Shown: positions 1-19,375, counted from the stretch's first letter. The stretch is 64,000 nt of DNA from Octopus sinensis (GCF_006345805.1 NC_043014.1:21142001-21206000), one strand, 5' to 3'. Notes: a model not told the origin generated them from the letters alone. Numbers and translations: made by a program.

Positions 1-660
1 TGTAATTAGCCCTTGATTATGTTGTTTCAAGATGTTTTCTCGCATCTCCTAAACACTCATACGCTGACCATTGATGGCTGACAGGGACCATAACACAGTG
101 TGAAAAAAACAGCTGCTGTCTCCAGGAACATCTTGAATTTTCAAGTTTTGCCTTCTTGTTAGATGTTCTAGTACCAGGCGATCGTTTCCTGATAGAAGAG
201 TAGATGGCCTTTCACTCTGACCTTCTCCTTCCCCAGGATTCTGGATTACCGCTTCTGATTGTCTTGCCATGACAGCTCACAAATCCGCATCACCTTCCTC
301 CCACCGGTTTTGCCATTCTGCGTTTTTTAATGTCTTCTCATACAAGCCAGACGCTGGTCCATTTGCTCCTTTGACTCAGCCTCTCTGTCTTTTCATTTGG
401 CTTCTCACACAGACCAGACGCTGCTCCCCTTACTCATTTGACTCAGCCTCTCTTTGTGTTTTCATTTGACTTCTGATGTAGGCCAGTCACTACACCGTCT
501 GCTTGGCTTCTTCATTTTCCCTCTGCTGTTAGTTTCTGCGTCTGTCTGAGGCACGTTGAATCTCCGCGGCCTCGGATAACTTCTGCTAGCGCAAAGGCCT
601 CATGAACTTGGCATTCTGCTTTCGCCTTTCAGCTGAGCTTCTTGACTTGAATTTCGGCAT
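1..660 (-). pseudogene. Degenerate Helitron/Helentron-like N-terminal region with ~23-aa charged repeats and an OTU-like cysteine protease motif; runs off the left edge
   Basis: Minus strand from ATG at 660 reads MPKFKSRSSAERRKQ, then repeats REAESNE*GEQRLVCVRSQMK / REAESKEQMDQRLACMR (DNA direct repeats at ~346-480), then DVPGDSSCFFHTV...SV*EMRENIL, matching the OTU motif V-x-G-D-G-x-C-x-F. It has several stops and frameshifts. OTU domains and R-x-x-E-S-x-E-Q-x-x-x-R-L repeats are known from animal Helitron proteins. Confidence 0.6.
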
Positions 661-1149
661 GTCATCTCTCTCAAACACGCTGTAAAATTTAAAATATTGA
701 ATAGCAATGCGCTTGCTGAGTTATATATTAGATTTGATAGGATATTTCTTGGAAAGATGACTCATCTCAAAGCAGCTGTTAAAAGTTTAGTAACAGTAAT
801 AAATAGTTTATCCTTATTTAATACAAGCCAAAGTTAACAAATTCACCATTCAAAATAGTTTGAAAGTAGTAAAAACATCAATAATAATAATAAGTTCTAC
901 TCAAGAATTTTTAAATGAATAGCATCAGATCTTTCGGTTTTCTCTTCTCTTAAATTCCATCCTTCCTTTAGTATTCATGTTGTTTTAGATCGATGTATAG
1001 AATAATGTATATATGTAAGTATACCGTAAAGTGTTAATAGGTATGTATAATATATAATATAATGGAGACAATAAAAAAAGACTTGAAAGTCAACGTAAGA
1101 TCGTAATACTTCATGTAAAGTAAATATAAGAATTAATCCACAATCCTTG

Positions 1150-1324
1150 TCCGGTACCGAATCGATCCCAATATATAATCAGTTCGTGCCAGTCACGAGG
1201 CCAAATATCCCTGAAACTTTCATGCGAATCCATCCAGCAGTTCTTGAGATATCTTGTCAACGGACAAACAAACAAGCAGACACGACTGAAAATTTAAAAA
1301 AACCTCCGTCTTCGCTAAGGTGGA

Positions 1325-1327
<3 letters not shown>
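1150..1327 (+). mobile_element. Non-autonomous Helentron/HINE (DINE-1/Pearl-like) terminal fragment
   Basis: GAGATATCTTGTCAACGGACAAACAAACAAGCAGACACG (GACA-type core) is followed by a terminal stem-loop ACCTCC(1302-1307)...GGAGGT(1322-1327) that abuts (AAT)n. Confidence 0.5.
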
Positions 1328-1390
<63 letters not shown>

Positions 1391-1805
1391 CAGTTGTTTG
1401 ACCTTAACCAGTTGAGCATGTCCCTTAGTGGCTGACAATACGTGCATCTCTGATCACGAGCAGAAGTAGTGGGGGAGCATCATGGCCATGTGTTGAGAGG
1501 GATTCTTTGGAGTTTGAATAATTCACCTCTGGAAACATAGGTGTTTCGTTCAACATCCTAAAGCAACCCTTATTCAGGGACCTTTTGAGCGGGATGGGCT
1601 ACTCAACCTGAAGAAAATTCTAACTGGGCCCCACCTGCAAGGTCATGTGCTGTTTATCTTGATATGAGATCACCATGTCGCGCACATATGGTTGTGATGC
1701 ATGTGCCTGGTGTACCTTTATCAGACGGGTAGTCATGATGGGTATATTGGGCTTCGTATATTTTACCCCAGTGTCACTTTGATGGCATGAACTGCTCTCT
1801 CACTC
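1391..1805 (+). mobile_element. AAT-flanked ~560-bp interspersed element, copy 1 (5'-truncated)
   Basis: Highly similar to 3895-4411, 46213-46758 and 60342-60897. It starts at an internal position directly after (AAT)n and ends CTCTCTCACTC-(AAT)n. Confidence 0.9.
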
Positions 1806-1901
1806 AATAATAATAATAATAATAATAATAACTACGATAATAATAATAACTAGCATTATGACCCGTCGTTGCCGGGTCATAGTGCTAGTGCTTGTATATA
1901 T

Positions 1902-2319
1902 ACTCTTTTACTCTTTTACTCTTTTAATTGTTTCAGTCATTTGACTGCGGCCATGCTGGAGCACCGCCTTTAGTCGAGCAAATCGACCCCGGGACTTATT
2001 GTTTGTAAGCCCAGTACTTATTCTATCGGTCTCTTTTGCCGAACTGCTAAGTGACGGGGACGTAAACACACCAGCATCGGCTGTCAAGCAATGCTAGGGA
2101 GACAAACACAGACACACGCACACACACACACACATACATATATATATACATATATACGACAGGCTTCTTTCAGTTTCCGTCTACCAAATCCACTCACAAG
2201 GCATTGGTCGGCCCGGGGCTATAGCAGAAGACACTTGCCCAAGATGTCACGCAGTGGGACTGAACCTGGAACCATGTGGTTGGTTAGCAAGCTACTTACC
2301 ACACAGCCACTCCTGCGCC
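1902..2319 (-). mobile_element. tRNA-headed SINE, family A (full length)
   Basis: The head GGCGCAGGAGTGGCTGTGTGGTAAGTAGC...GGTTCAGTCCC has A/B-box-like motifs. It has an internal (TA/TG)n and a 3' (AAAAGAGT)n tail, and matches 18391-18857 and 34945-35355. Confidence 0.9.
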
Positions 2320-2449
2320 TATGTGTACATATTATATGTGTACATATTACATGTACATCTACATATATACATCTACACATAAAATACAAAATACAAAGTT
2401 ATATCTTGATATCGCTAGTGATAACAATACTCAAAATATATAACAGACT

Positions 2450-2973
2450 GGAATTGTAGGCCCGTCTCTTGCAATTTCGATCAATTGTATCTTGTCCTAC
2501 CTCTTGTATAGAAGTGTGGCTACAATCCAGCCTACCTCTACTTCTGGGGGAACATTTAAAATTTTATCTGGGACGTAGGACATCCCAGATATAAAGGTAA
2601 AAATAAAATATTTCCACTTTGCAAGGTTCGGGCCGAGTACTCCCTTGCACGCTCCGTTGACTCGAACCTTGCTTCTATTGTGACGAATTTACCGCCTCTG
2701 GTTAGATACTTGATATCCTTTATAGTTGCACCAATGGTGCTTTCCTCCAGGTGTTCAAATTTTTTTTTCTCTACATTGTATACTTTATAGACAATAGTCT
2801 TTTCTTTAATATAATTTTTTATTTCGTTTGGTGGTGTTTTTCCTAGATTCGCCGTCTTTGTCGGTGATCAATCCGAACTAGGTTTGTATTTCTTCCATTT
2901 TAATTTTAATGAGTTCGCGCCCGCCGACGGCTGCAGCGAAATTCATTTTTGGACTTTCTTCTATCGAAGGCAT
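2450..2973 (-). pseudogene. L1/Tx1-type LINE ORF1 5' fragment
   Basis: Reads MPSIEESPKMNFAAAVGG...TIVYKVYNVEKKKFEHLEESTIGATIKDIKYLTRGGKFVTIEARFESTERAREYS...LFLPLYLG, which aligns by eye with ORF1 of the Tx1 element at 50400-50700 (IRDDIEYIARGKQYGTISALFKSEALAMKHS). It has stops and frameshifts. Confidence 0.6.
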
Positions 2974-3404
2974 TCTAACAAAAATGCTTCTGTATAAACG
3001 GTGAAAATGCTTCCATATAAACGGTGAAATATTGTCAATTTCCCCAAACAGGGACATAATTCAATTTTTAAACAATAACCAAAGCTCCTTCTCCCAAAGG
3101 GGGAGGGTTACAGTTTACAATTATTTAACAAATGCAACACAACAACGATTCCCTTACGGGGAACCAACAAACGTGATAACAATAGTTAAACAGTAATAAT
3201 AATAACAACAAACATTACGGTGAATCAAAAAGCAGTACGCAGTTGATTTAATTTTATTTATTCCCATTCATGTGAAACCACTTATTTAAGTTCAAGTTAT
3301 TGATGCAATTTTATACCAATTGCTATTTTTACTTTTGTTATGTTACGATTATATTATACTTTAGTTTGATTTTAATTATTACTTACTACTATAATTCAAT
3401 TGCA

Positions 3405-3850
3405 TACTCTGGCATACTCTGGCATACTCAGGCCAACTGGCTGGATATAGTTGTCAAAGATAACTAAGAAAAAAATGCTTTTTAATCGACGTATCAATAC
3501 CAACAGACAGCAATGTTTCTCCAAAGGAAATCGAAAACTTTTAAAATACAAGATCTGGAAATAGAGGTAATTCGAATGTGAAGCCTAAAAACAGAAGAAA
3601 TTCCTATCGTAGTTGGCGCATTAGGTATGATAAAAAATATTCAGGCAAAAACATAACAAAACACCAGAACTAACAAGTATATATAACATACAGAAAATAG
3701 CACTATTAGGTACCACATACATTCTACGCAAAACACTTTCAATACATGAAAATAAGAGCATCATAACAAACCACAGCACATACCCAAGGCACACAGAGCC
3801 TCGCTCAGTAGTGCAGTGAAAGCACGTGATAAAAATGTGACTACTCAGTA
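3405..3850 (+). mobile_element. R4/Dong-type non-LTR element 3' fragment (RLE endonuclease)
   Basis: Encodes KKCFLIDVSIPTDSNVSPKEIE...KYKDLEIEV...IVVGALGM, homologous to 62930-63490, and ends in an AAT-like tail. The 5' junction has three tandem CATACTCTGG-like units. Confidence 0.8.
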
Positions 3851-3894
3851 ATAAGGATAACAACAACAACAATAATGATAATAATAATAACAAA

Positions 3895-4411
3895 ATGTCC
3901 TGATGCAGTACCAAGCAGTGGCTCTCATGGCTTCTGATCTTAACTGATTGGAAGTGTTATCGTGTACATTGTTTTGTCTAGGTATGAAAGATGGGCAACA
4001 GCAAATATTCTGTTGAATACTACAGATTTACTTGTCAGTTTCTTGACCTTAACCAGTTGAGCATGTCACTTAGTGGGTGACGATATGTACATCTCTGGTT
4101 ACGATCAGAAGTGGTAGGGGAGCATTGAGAGGAATTCTTTGGGGTTTGAATAATTCACCTCTGGAAACATTCAACATCCTTAAAGAATCCTTATTCAGGG
4201 ACATTTTGAGTGGGATGGGCTACTTGACCAGAAGAAAATTCTAACTGGGTCCCACCTGCAAGTTCCTGCGCTGTTTATCTTGATATGAGATCACCATGTC
4301 GCACGCATGTGGCGTGTGTACCTTTATCAGACGGGTAGTCATGATGGATATACCGGGCTTTGTATATTTTACCCCAGTGTCACTTTGATGGCATTCACTG
4401 CTCCCTCACTC
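3895..4411 (+). mobile_element. AAT-flanked element, copy 2, ending in (GAA)n instead of (AAT)n
   Basis: Starts ATGTCCTGATGCAGTACC after an AAT-like run and ends CTCCCTCACTC. Confidence 0.9.
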
Positions 4412-4590
4412 AAGAAGAAGACGAAGAAGAAGAAGAAGAAGAAGAAGAAGAAGAAGAAGAAGAAGAAGAAGAAGAAGAAGAAGAAGAAGAAGAAGAAGAA
4501 GAAGAAGAAGAAGAAGAAGAAGAAGAAGAAGAAGAAGAAGAAGAAGAAGAAGAAGAAGAAGAAGAAGAAGAAGAAGAAGAAGAAGAAGAA
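4412..4590. repeat. (GAA)n microsatellite, about 60 units
   Basis: Directly visible, with one GAC interruption. Confidence 0.98.
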
Positions 4591-4789
4591 ACGAAATTAG
4601 CTACAAGCGAAGCTCCAACAAGATCAAGGAACACAAATACAACGATAGCAAAAACAAGAGCAACATATCAAGCAGTAACGTAAAAGTTGGGTCAGAAAAG
4701 ACATGTATGAGATGATTTGGCAAGACTGATATTATCACGGCAACAGAATGTGTGATGGGAAGTGAGATTGGTATATTAGGGGAGTTATT

Positions 4790-8330
<3,541 letters not shown>

Positions 8331-9025
8331 CATATGATAAAAATTGTAACATTGTAACAGACAGTGAGAGAGAGAGAGAGAAAGAGAAGAAATAGAGAGG
8401 GAGAAAAAGAAGCGAAAAGATATAAAAATTAAAAGGCGTACAGACCGACAGTGAGAAAAATAGAGATAAACAGAGAGAGATAGAAAGAGGGTTGAGAAGG
8501 CATCGTATCACTAAAACCTCTCGGTTATTTCCCTGACTGTCTTCCTCCTTCATATTATTTCCCCACCCACGCCCGTGAATCTCTCCTTCTCTCACCTTCT
8601 TTCTCTCCCCCTCTCTTTCTCTCCCTCTTTCTTTCTTTCTCCGCCTTTCGCATCTCTATAACCAGCTTCGTCCCCGACCAAACCGTTGGATATGTGTTTT
8701 TCTACAAACCTATATTTCTTTCATCAATGTTGCAACTTAGTGGGATGATTGCTTTAAAATGCCGCATCCACGGGATTTCCACACAAGAAAAACCAGTCTT
8801 AGATTATCTAACATTAAAGCAATTTACATCTATTTGCTACATTAAATAGTTTATCCTTTGGGAAGCTATTCTATCTGCTTCGTCTTATGCTGTAGTTCAC
8901 CTTCTACTTGCTATTATCATTATTGTTGCTGTTTTTGTTGGTGATCTGTGTAAGCTGTTATTGCTGCTGCTGCTGCTGCTGCTGCGGCTGTTGCTGGTGT
9001 CTGGTTGTTGTTGTTGTTGTTGTTG

Positions 9026-9063
<38 letters not shown>

Positions 9064-9467
9064 GTGTCACTATTACCATTGTTGTTGTTGTTCTGTTTCT
9101 TCTCGCCGTTTTTCTTTTTGTTAATGTTATGGCTGGTGATGTTGGTGGAGCTGCTTTTGTTGTTGTCGTTGTTGTTATTGCTGCTGTTACATTTATGGAT
9201 CCTTACATTATACACGTTTGGATGTTCAAATTCACTTCTTTCTACTGTCATTATTTTCTTTTCTTCTTTTTCATCATCGTCATCAACATCATCATCATTG
9301 TCATCACTACTATCATCAAATTCATCATCATCATCATCATAATACAATTATATGTCTTCTTCTTTCTCCTCCTACTCCTCTTCTCCTCTACTTCCTCGTT
9401 TTCTTTCTCCTCTTCCGTTTCGACACTAGAGTTTTTCTGCTTTGTTTATCAATTTCCTCTAAAATAC

Positions 9468-9512
<45 letters not shown>

Positions 9513-9691
9513 ATGACCATACATATGTGCATATACTTCCCTCATCATCTGTTTTTCGCTCACCTCTCACTCGCACTCTCCCTACTCAGTATATATGTAT
9601 ATATATTTGCATGTATGTATGTACTTATGTGTATATATATATATTTATGCATATAATGTAGTGGGTGTGTGGTGTGTGTGTGTGGTGTGTG

Positions 9692-12910
<3,219 letters not shown>

Positions 12911-13134
12911 GTGTTCGCGTGTTTAAGCATGTGGTGGGGTATGCTTTCATCATTTTGTCAGTGCCTTCAGTACTTTGTATGCGTTTATGGGTGTGTGTAT
13001 GTGTGTATATAATTATATATATTATATATATATATTACATATATATTTTATATATAGATATATATTATGTATATATATATCTATATATATATATATATAT
13101 ATATATATTATGTATATATATAATATATAATATA

Positions 13135-13188
<54 letters not shown>

Positions 13189-13501
13189 TATATATATTAT
13201 ATATATACACATATATATTCATATTTGTGTATGTGTCTGGATATACATGTATGCACAATACATATTTTATTCGTTCACATGTTAGTGTGTGCGTGCGTGT
13301 GTGTCTATGGGTGTTTCTCTGCCTCTTTAGATGTGTTTGAGACATACACAACCTACTCGGTCATTAACGCTTTGTTAGTATGTTTGTGCAGCGGTAGAGG
13401 CTGGCTGAGCACACGTGCGCGCGCGCGTGTGGTGACTGTCCCTTTTTGGACGTTTGTCTTTACATGTCAGGGGACGGACAATGCGTCACTGTGTGTGTGT
13501 G

Positions 13502-13532
<31 letters not shown>

Positions 13533-14296
13533 TGTAAGGTCACCCATTTGTGTGGGAGTGGAGTAACTTTGTGTATCTGCGTGTAATATCATTGATATGA
13601 GATGGGTCTTACTTTTTTTTCTCTCTTTTTCCTGAGACACTACTACACTTTGTATTAGGATGTCAAATTGAAGATCTGACAGAATACACTTACAGGAAAT
13701 AGCAACGTAAGCCAATCGGCTCTACATACTTTGAGAGATAAAATTTTAACCGGCGCGAAATAAAGCTGCCTCGCACTCGTAAGAAAGTTCACCTTAGAAA
13801 ATAATATGGAAGTATGGGGGGACGATTTGTTCTACCAAACCGTTGAAGCCAGTGCCTCAGCATTGTCACAGTGCAATGGTTAAAACAAGTAGACTATAAA
13901 CGATAAAACTTAAAGACAAGCCAGTAGATATCATACAGCTAACCTAGCATCATGCTCCACGACTAAAATGACAATAGTGTATTAAAAGTGGACAAAGCAG
14001 TATCAACTGTCTACAACAGGGATTCTCAACTGGGGACCAAAAAAGATTTTGCTGTTGAAATTTATCTGCAATAAATTGGTTATACTTCTACAACACAAAA
14101 AATATTTTAACAACTTTTTTACACGACTCCTAATAATATTTAATTATAAAAATATGATTATCTATCTATCTATATATATATTATACTTTATATATAAAAT
14201 ATATGATTATATTTTTATATCTATAATAATATTTAATTATAATATTATTTCTATATTTATTATATATATGTATATATAGATATATATATATATATA

Positions 14297-14335
<39 letters not shown>

Positions 14336-14414
14336 ATTATATATGTATATAAATATATATAATATAATTATATATATATAAAATATATTATAATATATAT
14401 ATATATATATATAT

Positions 14415-14675
14415 AAGAGGGAACACAAGGAGTGACAGAGAGAGTGAGGGAGGAGAAATGGAAAGACAAGAAAAGACGTCAACAAAAAACTATGACATTA
14501 CAACCAGCCAGGCAAAGTCTTCGCTACATTTGCGGCACCTGCCAGAGGGAGTATTTGTCCAGGATAGGACTACACAGCCACACCAGGAGATGTATTAGGA
14601 CATGAAATGTAAAAGCCGGACTAGATTATTTTATGCGCAACTCCATTGTCTCCCGAGATAAAAAGGATGCCAACA
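14415..14675 (+). mobile_element. RTE-clade LINE 3' end (C-terminal C2H2-like motif and 3' UTR)
   Basis: Encodes YICGTCQREYLSRIGLHSHTRRC, matching the RTE C-terminal C-x2-C-x-R-x3-S-R-I-G-L-x-S-H motif. It is followed by CCATTGTCTCCCGAGATAAAAAGGATGCC-(AAC). Confidence 0.75.
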
Positions 14676-14681
14676 ACAATT

Positions 14682-14785
<104 letters not shown>

Positions 14786-15059
14786 ATGTATACATATTAA
14801 AAAACATCGAATGGGTAGAATGTTTCATCCAAGGGATCCATAAGTAAAAAGAGACAGAGAAACATTGGTTTATAATGTTGTATGGAATTGAGCTGAAAAG
14901 GTATGAAATTATGCTGGCCAAGCATTGAGTTAAAGCAGTGAGGCAGTTACGGAACGTATCAATTAACACATTGTAATTAATATATGCGGAATGATGCACG
15001 CACAATAATACACGCGGAATGATAAACGCGGAATGTTACACACGGAATGATACACAACT

Positions 15060-15360
15060 CCTGCAAATACAATGACAAATTACCGACAAAGATAGACAGA
15101 AGCATGGTTAAGAAATTAGCAATTCTAGAAGTTTTAAATATCGTTAGAGGTTCTTTCACACAGCATTTGTTAACTTCCAGACAGAAAAATTAAACAAATA
15201 TTTGTGTAGATAAAGGATTAAACTAAAACAGAATTAAACCAAACCCAGACTTACAACGACTAAAGAATTAATGAAAGAAAAGTTTAGGAAAGAATATTAT
15301 AGACGCGTTAATACCTAAAACAATAAGGCGGCTACAATAACGTAATTTTCAATAAGTATA
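15060..15360 (+). mobile_element. R4/Dong-type RT C-terminal fragment (degenerate)
   Basis: Reads ELNQTQTY...INE then MKEKFRKEYYRRV, resembling the YKYLG...MKEKIxKEYYRR segment of RLE-type RTs. Confidence 0.55.
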
Positions 15361-15518
15361 TTCTTAAATTCTAGAAGCTGAATAAATTAACAATTACGGA
15401 CAAGACGATAATAATAATGACTACACACACACACACACACACATGTATGTACAGGTATGATGGCGCAAACAGGTAAAGTAGAACTCAAAATAGAACTCTC
15501 GGACCTTATAGATAGATG

Positions 15519-15613
<95 letters not shown>

Positions 15614-15619
15614 GTGTGT

Positions 15620-16780
15620 ATTTTCCCCTTGTTAACAATTAACACGGATAAAATAGATAAATAGTTACCAGGGTAGCAAAAAATCACACAAGTAAAGAGA
15701 TTGTAACTCCTTGTTTTTAAAGGTAGAACCTTCGGGTTTATTTGAAATTTTTTGTATAATATATAAATAAATAAATGGAGTTTAACGCAGGTGTAATTCA
15801 AATACTTTTTCTTCCGATACATGTTTCGAAGATATCACTGATATTATTCCAAAGGAATAAGATGGTGTGAAACAATGTAATCTTCTCTTCAGAGAAGTGA
15901 AGAAATGAAACTCGTCAATAAGACATTTTAACAGAAAATGATGGATATGTATAGTGATTAACTGAACGCTATTAATATTGTCTGAAAAAGCGTTATATGA
16001 TATAACGTCAGAGGTAGCCTATAGAAAGAGGAGGTATAAATAAAAGAAAAGTTAAATAAATGAGAAGTATATGACTATATGTATATTAAATAAAACCTTA
16101 TAAACAAGGAAAACATATATTTTTAGTGAATGTGAAATATAAAAAGAAAATTAATGTTTAAATTATATATAATGATAGAGATTACTAAAGGTGTGTTTTT
16201 GCCAATGTTTACATCGGTATGCACACTCTATAACCGTGTTTACTAGGCTATTTTTAGAAAAAATAATGAAAAATAGTTCAGAATTACAGGGAAGACAGAA
16301 TTCCTTGCCTTTGTCATAAGGTATCGAGATTGAGAGAATCATTCTAAAATAAACTGTTTATTGTGGTCTTTTAGATCCCAAATTAATTTACTGAGCCCTG
16401 TACTGTTACGTTTATTCCTATCCCTAAATGTCGAGTAATGGTTAGACATTCTTTTAGATAACTGTAAAGACGTGCTTCCAATGTAAAATTGTACTTTATT
16501 ATGAGTAATAATTTTACACTGGTATATAGAATTTTAATTTTAGAGTTACTTGACATAAACTAGATTCTGTTGGAATTGACTTCAGATACAATAACCTTGT
16601 TATTAATATTTCTAGAGGGATGGATGATATTAGCTAAATTAATGTTAGTATTAGTAAATGTATTAATATTTAACAGTTTGTTATTATGTGAAGAGATAAT
16701 TTGTAAGAGATTTTTTGTGTCGAAAAAACCAATCCTAACTGTATGTGAGTTGGTAATCGAGTCCGTGGTCCCAGCCTTGA
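15620..16780 (-). mobile_element. Penelope-like element 3' part: GIY-YIG endonuclease relic and pseudo-LTR
   Basis: Reads QIISSHNK...ILY...QFYIGSTSLQLSKRMSNHYSTFRDRNKRNSTGLSKLIWDLKD...PYDKGKEFCLPCNSELFFII...AYRCKH. The downstream pLTR (15620-15860) has GAAACATGTA and is similar to 32820-33035. Confidence 0.85.
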
Positions 16781-16789
16781 ATGAACCTT

Positions 16790-17275
16790 AAAACTAACGT
16801 TTAGGTCGTCTGGGCAATGCTGGCTGGGGATTCAATTTTCGAGATGTTTTGTTTTGTATGGGGTGACCACAAGGGGCATCAGTATTCGAGGAATGACCGT
16901 ACAAAGGAGGAGAAAAGTCTAATGATGACACCTTGTTCTCTGGACCTACGAGCTATATCGACCTTATTGTTGATGTGGGCACTCCAGCTGAGATTATTAT
17001 CAACAATTTCTCTTAGGTCTCTGATCTTATTAGATGCTGTGAGCAGTTCAATTGAAGGAAGAGCGTATAACTGTTTTAGTATAGACTTTCTTCCAAATAT
17101 TACCTCGTTTAGTTGCATTTTGTTTTTGTCTGTCCATTGACTCACAGCATATAGATCAGACTGGAGTTGAGTTCGGTCTTCTTCTTCATTGATGATTTTC
17201 TGGAGCTTAGTGTCATCAGCAAATATTTTCATTTTGCAGTGATCTACGACGCTGGAAAGGTCGTTTATGTAAATT
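16790..17275 (-). mobile_element. CR1/L2-clade LINE reverse transcriptase fragment
   Basis: Reads IIYINDLSSVVDHCKMKIFADDTKLQK...LQSDL...W...MQLN...IRDL...VDNNLSWSAHIN...FVRSFLEY (FADD motif), with internal deletions. Confidence 0.9.
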
Positions 17276-17309
17276 ATGTGTGTGTGTGTGTGTATGTGTG
17301 TGTGTATAT

Positions 17310-17760
17310 AAGAAGTAAAAAGGATTAATAAATTCAGGCAGATATCTATAAAGCATTTAGTGTTGAACGCATTTGGTAAACTATATCCAGCGATCAGATA
17401 TCATTAAATGCAAATAGAATAAACATCTAAGGGAATTCTTCAAATATGACAAGCAAATCCAAATATCGTTTAGAAGAATTTCAAGAAATTCGGAGCATAT
17501 AACAAGAATAAGAATGGAGAAAAATCACATCTTTACTTGGTGATTACACCATGCAATACTGACGATCGTTTCTGTTATGCCAACACAGCAAAAGGTATAA
17601 AATAGATACAGCAAAAGGTATAAAATAGTAGTGAAATTAATATATCCGAAAATATATGCTAACACAACGTTATCAAGGCAATTCAAAATTGCTTAAATTC
17701 AAAGTGAACTAAGAAAACATTTCTAATAAACGAATGCATACATAAAGAACGTTAAGAAAT
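17310..17760 (+). mobile_element. Penelope-like RT-thumb/linker fragment (family also at 18860-19375 and 34485-34920)
   Basis: Three diverged copies share blocks such as GCAGATATCTATAAA, AAGAATTTCAAGAAATTC, AAAATCACATCTTTA and ATTAATATxTCCGAAAATA. The 34485 copy reads IPHITDNSFSCVNIL, like PLE linker IPYISD motifs. Confidence 0.55.
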
Positions 17761-17799
17761 ATAATATTATAATGAAAGCCTGTTTAGTATTTAACTTTT

Positions 17800-18350
17800 G
17801 ATTACATAAATGATTGTCGGTATTGTTGTGCTTTAAGAAAAATATAGTTTATTAGTGTAACATAATAACAGGGAATCGTAAGTATTATTACATTGCTACA
17901 ATTTGGAAATTTAGATTTCATAATCATTCTCATTCGTTTGAGTATAGAAGAAAAGGTAATTCTACAAGTCTTAGTGAATGCATTTGGGATTTAAAAGATA
18001 GGAATATCAAATATGATATAAAGTGATCCATTATTGGTTACTCACCATTGTACAATATTGGTCATTCTACACGTGATCTATGCTTTGAAGAAATCTATTA
18101 TATAATTACTTCTAAATTAATTTCATTGAGTTTTAATTGGAGTTTTACAATGAAATGTTGCCATAAATTTCGCAAGACATTTAAGTATTCCCATTATTAA
18201 CTACAATTGCTTTTCATATATTTTATAAAAATAATTTTTCTAAAACAGTTTACTATATTTGATAAATAGATAACTAATTGTCGTAACTGAAGATCTCTAT
18301 ATTTCTAATTGTCATAACGCATAATTCTTACGTTTACTTTTCATTCTTTA
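17800..18350 (+). mobile_element. Penelope-like GIY-YIG endonuclease relic and partial pLTR
   Basis: Reads KKNIVY*CNIITGNRKYYYIATIWKFRFHNHSHSFEYRRKGNSTSLSECIWDLKDRNIKYDIK*SIIGYSPLYNIGHSTRDLCFEEIYYI...KCCHKF, followed by CTGAAGATCT (half hammerhead core) at ~18288. Confidence 0.85.
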
Positions 18351-18390
18351 GTTATCCAGTGACATCATTAATAGTAGAATGTAAACATAT

Positions 18391-18857
18391 AGGCGCAGGA
18401 GTGGCTGTGTGGTAAGTAGCTTGCTAACCAGGAGTGTATAGGCGCAGGAGTGGCTGTGTGGTAAGTAGCTTGCTAACCAGCCACATGGTTCCGGGTTCAG
18501 TCCCACTGCGTGGCATCTTGGGCAAGTGTCTTCTGCTATAGCCCCGGGCCGACCAATGCCTTGTGAGTGGATTTGGTAGACGGAAACTGAAAGAAGCCTG
18601 TCGTATATATGTATATATATATTTATGTGTGTATGTGTGTGTATGTTTGTGTGTTTATGTTTGTCCTCTTAGCATTGCTTGACAACCGATGCTGGTGTGT
18701 TTACGTCCCCGTCACTTAGCGGTTCGGCAAAAGAGTCCGATAGAATAAGTACTGGGCTTACAAAGAATAAGTCCCGGGGTCGATTTGCTCGACTAAAGGC
18801 GGTGCTCCAGCATGGCCGCAGTCAAATGACTGAAACAAGTAAAAGAGAGTAAAAGAG
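18391..18857 (+). mobile_element. SINE family A, full length with duplicated 5' head
   Basis: The 44-bp head is repeated at 18388-18431 and 18437-18480; the body and tail match 1902-2319. Confidence 0.92.
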
Positions 18858-18859
18858 TA

Positions 18860-19375
18860 TAGCCTTTCTGAAATTATATTTCTCTATTTTTCTAGAATTC
18901 TTATGCTTATTTTTTATTCTTTCGTTATCCACTGATGTCATCAATAGTTGAGTACAGAAATTTCTTAGATTATATGTCTTCCTAGCGTTTGTTTTGTAGT
19001 TGTTCGTGTACTGGAAATATTTCCTTTGTTCACTTTGAATTTGACTAATTTTTGATGACCTTGAAAACGTTGTGTTTGCATGTATTTTCGGAAATATTAA
19101 TTTCATTGATATTTTCTATATCTATGTACAATTCTCAGATGAATTCTACATTTAAAGATGTGATTTTTTCCTATATGTATGTTTGTTCTGAAATACTCTG
19201 AATTTCTGGAAATTCTTCTAAATGGCACTGGGATCTACTTGTTATACACGAGGAAATGCCTTGTATGTGTATTCTGCTTACATTTATTGGTGTCTGATTG
19301 TTGGATACAATTAAACAAATTCGTTTAAAACTAGATGTTTTATTGATATCTGCCTGGCTGTTTTAGTCCCTTTTT
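18860..19375 (-). mobile_element. Penelope-like linker fragment, inverted relative to 17310-17760
   Basis: Its reverse complement shares CCAGGCAGATATC, AGAAGAATTTCCAGAAATTCAGAGTA, AAAATCACATCTTTA and CACAACGTTTTCAAGG with the 17310 copy. Confidence 0.6.

Noticed and set aside
8660-8850. Strong polypyrimidine acceptor (..TATAACCAG) followed by ~60 open codons
   Set aside because: The tract is a CT microsatellite, the peptide is unrecognisable, and I found no good donor.
18040-18100. Minus-strand donor G|GTGAGT with an upstream acceptor
   Set aside because: All three frames contain stops, and the site lies antisense within the Penelope GIY-YIG relic.
18391-18520. tRNA-like heads with A/B boxes
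   Set aside because: They run straight into SINE bodies and lack a complete cloverleaf, so they are not tRNA genes.
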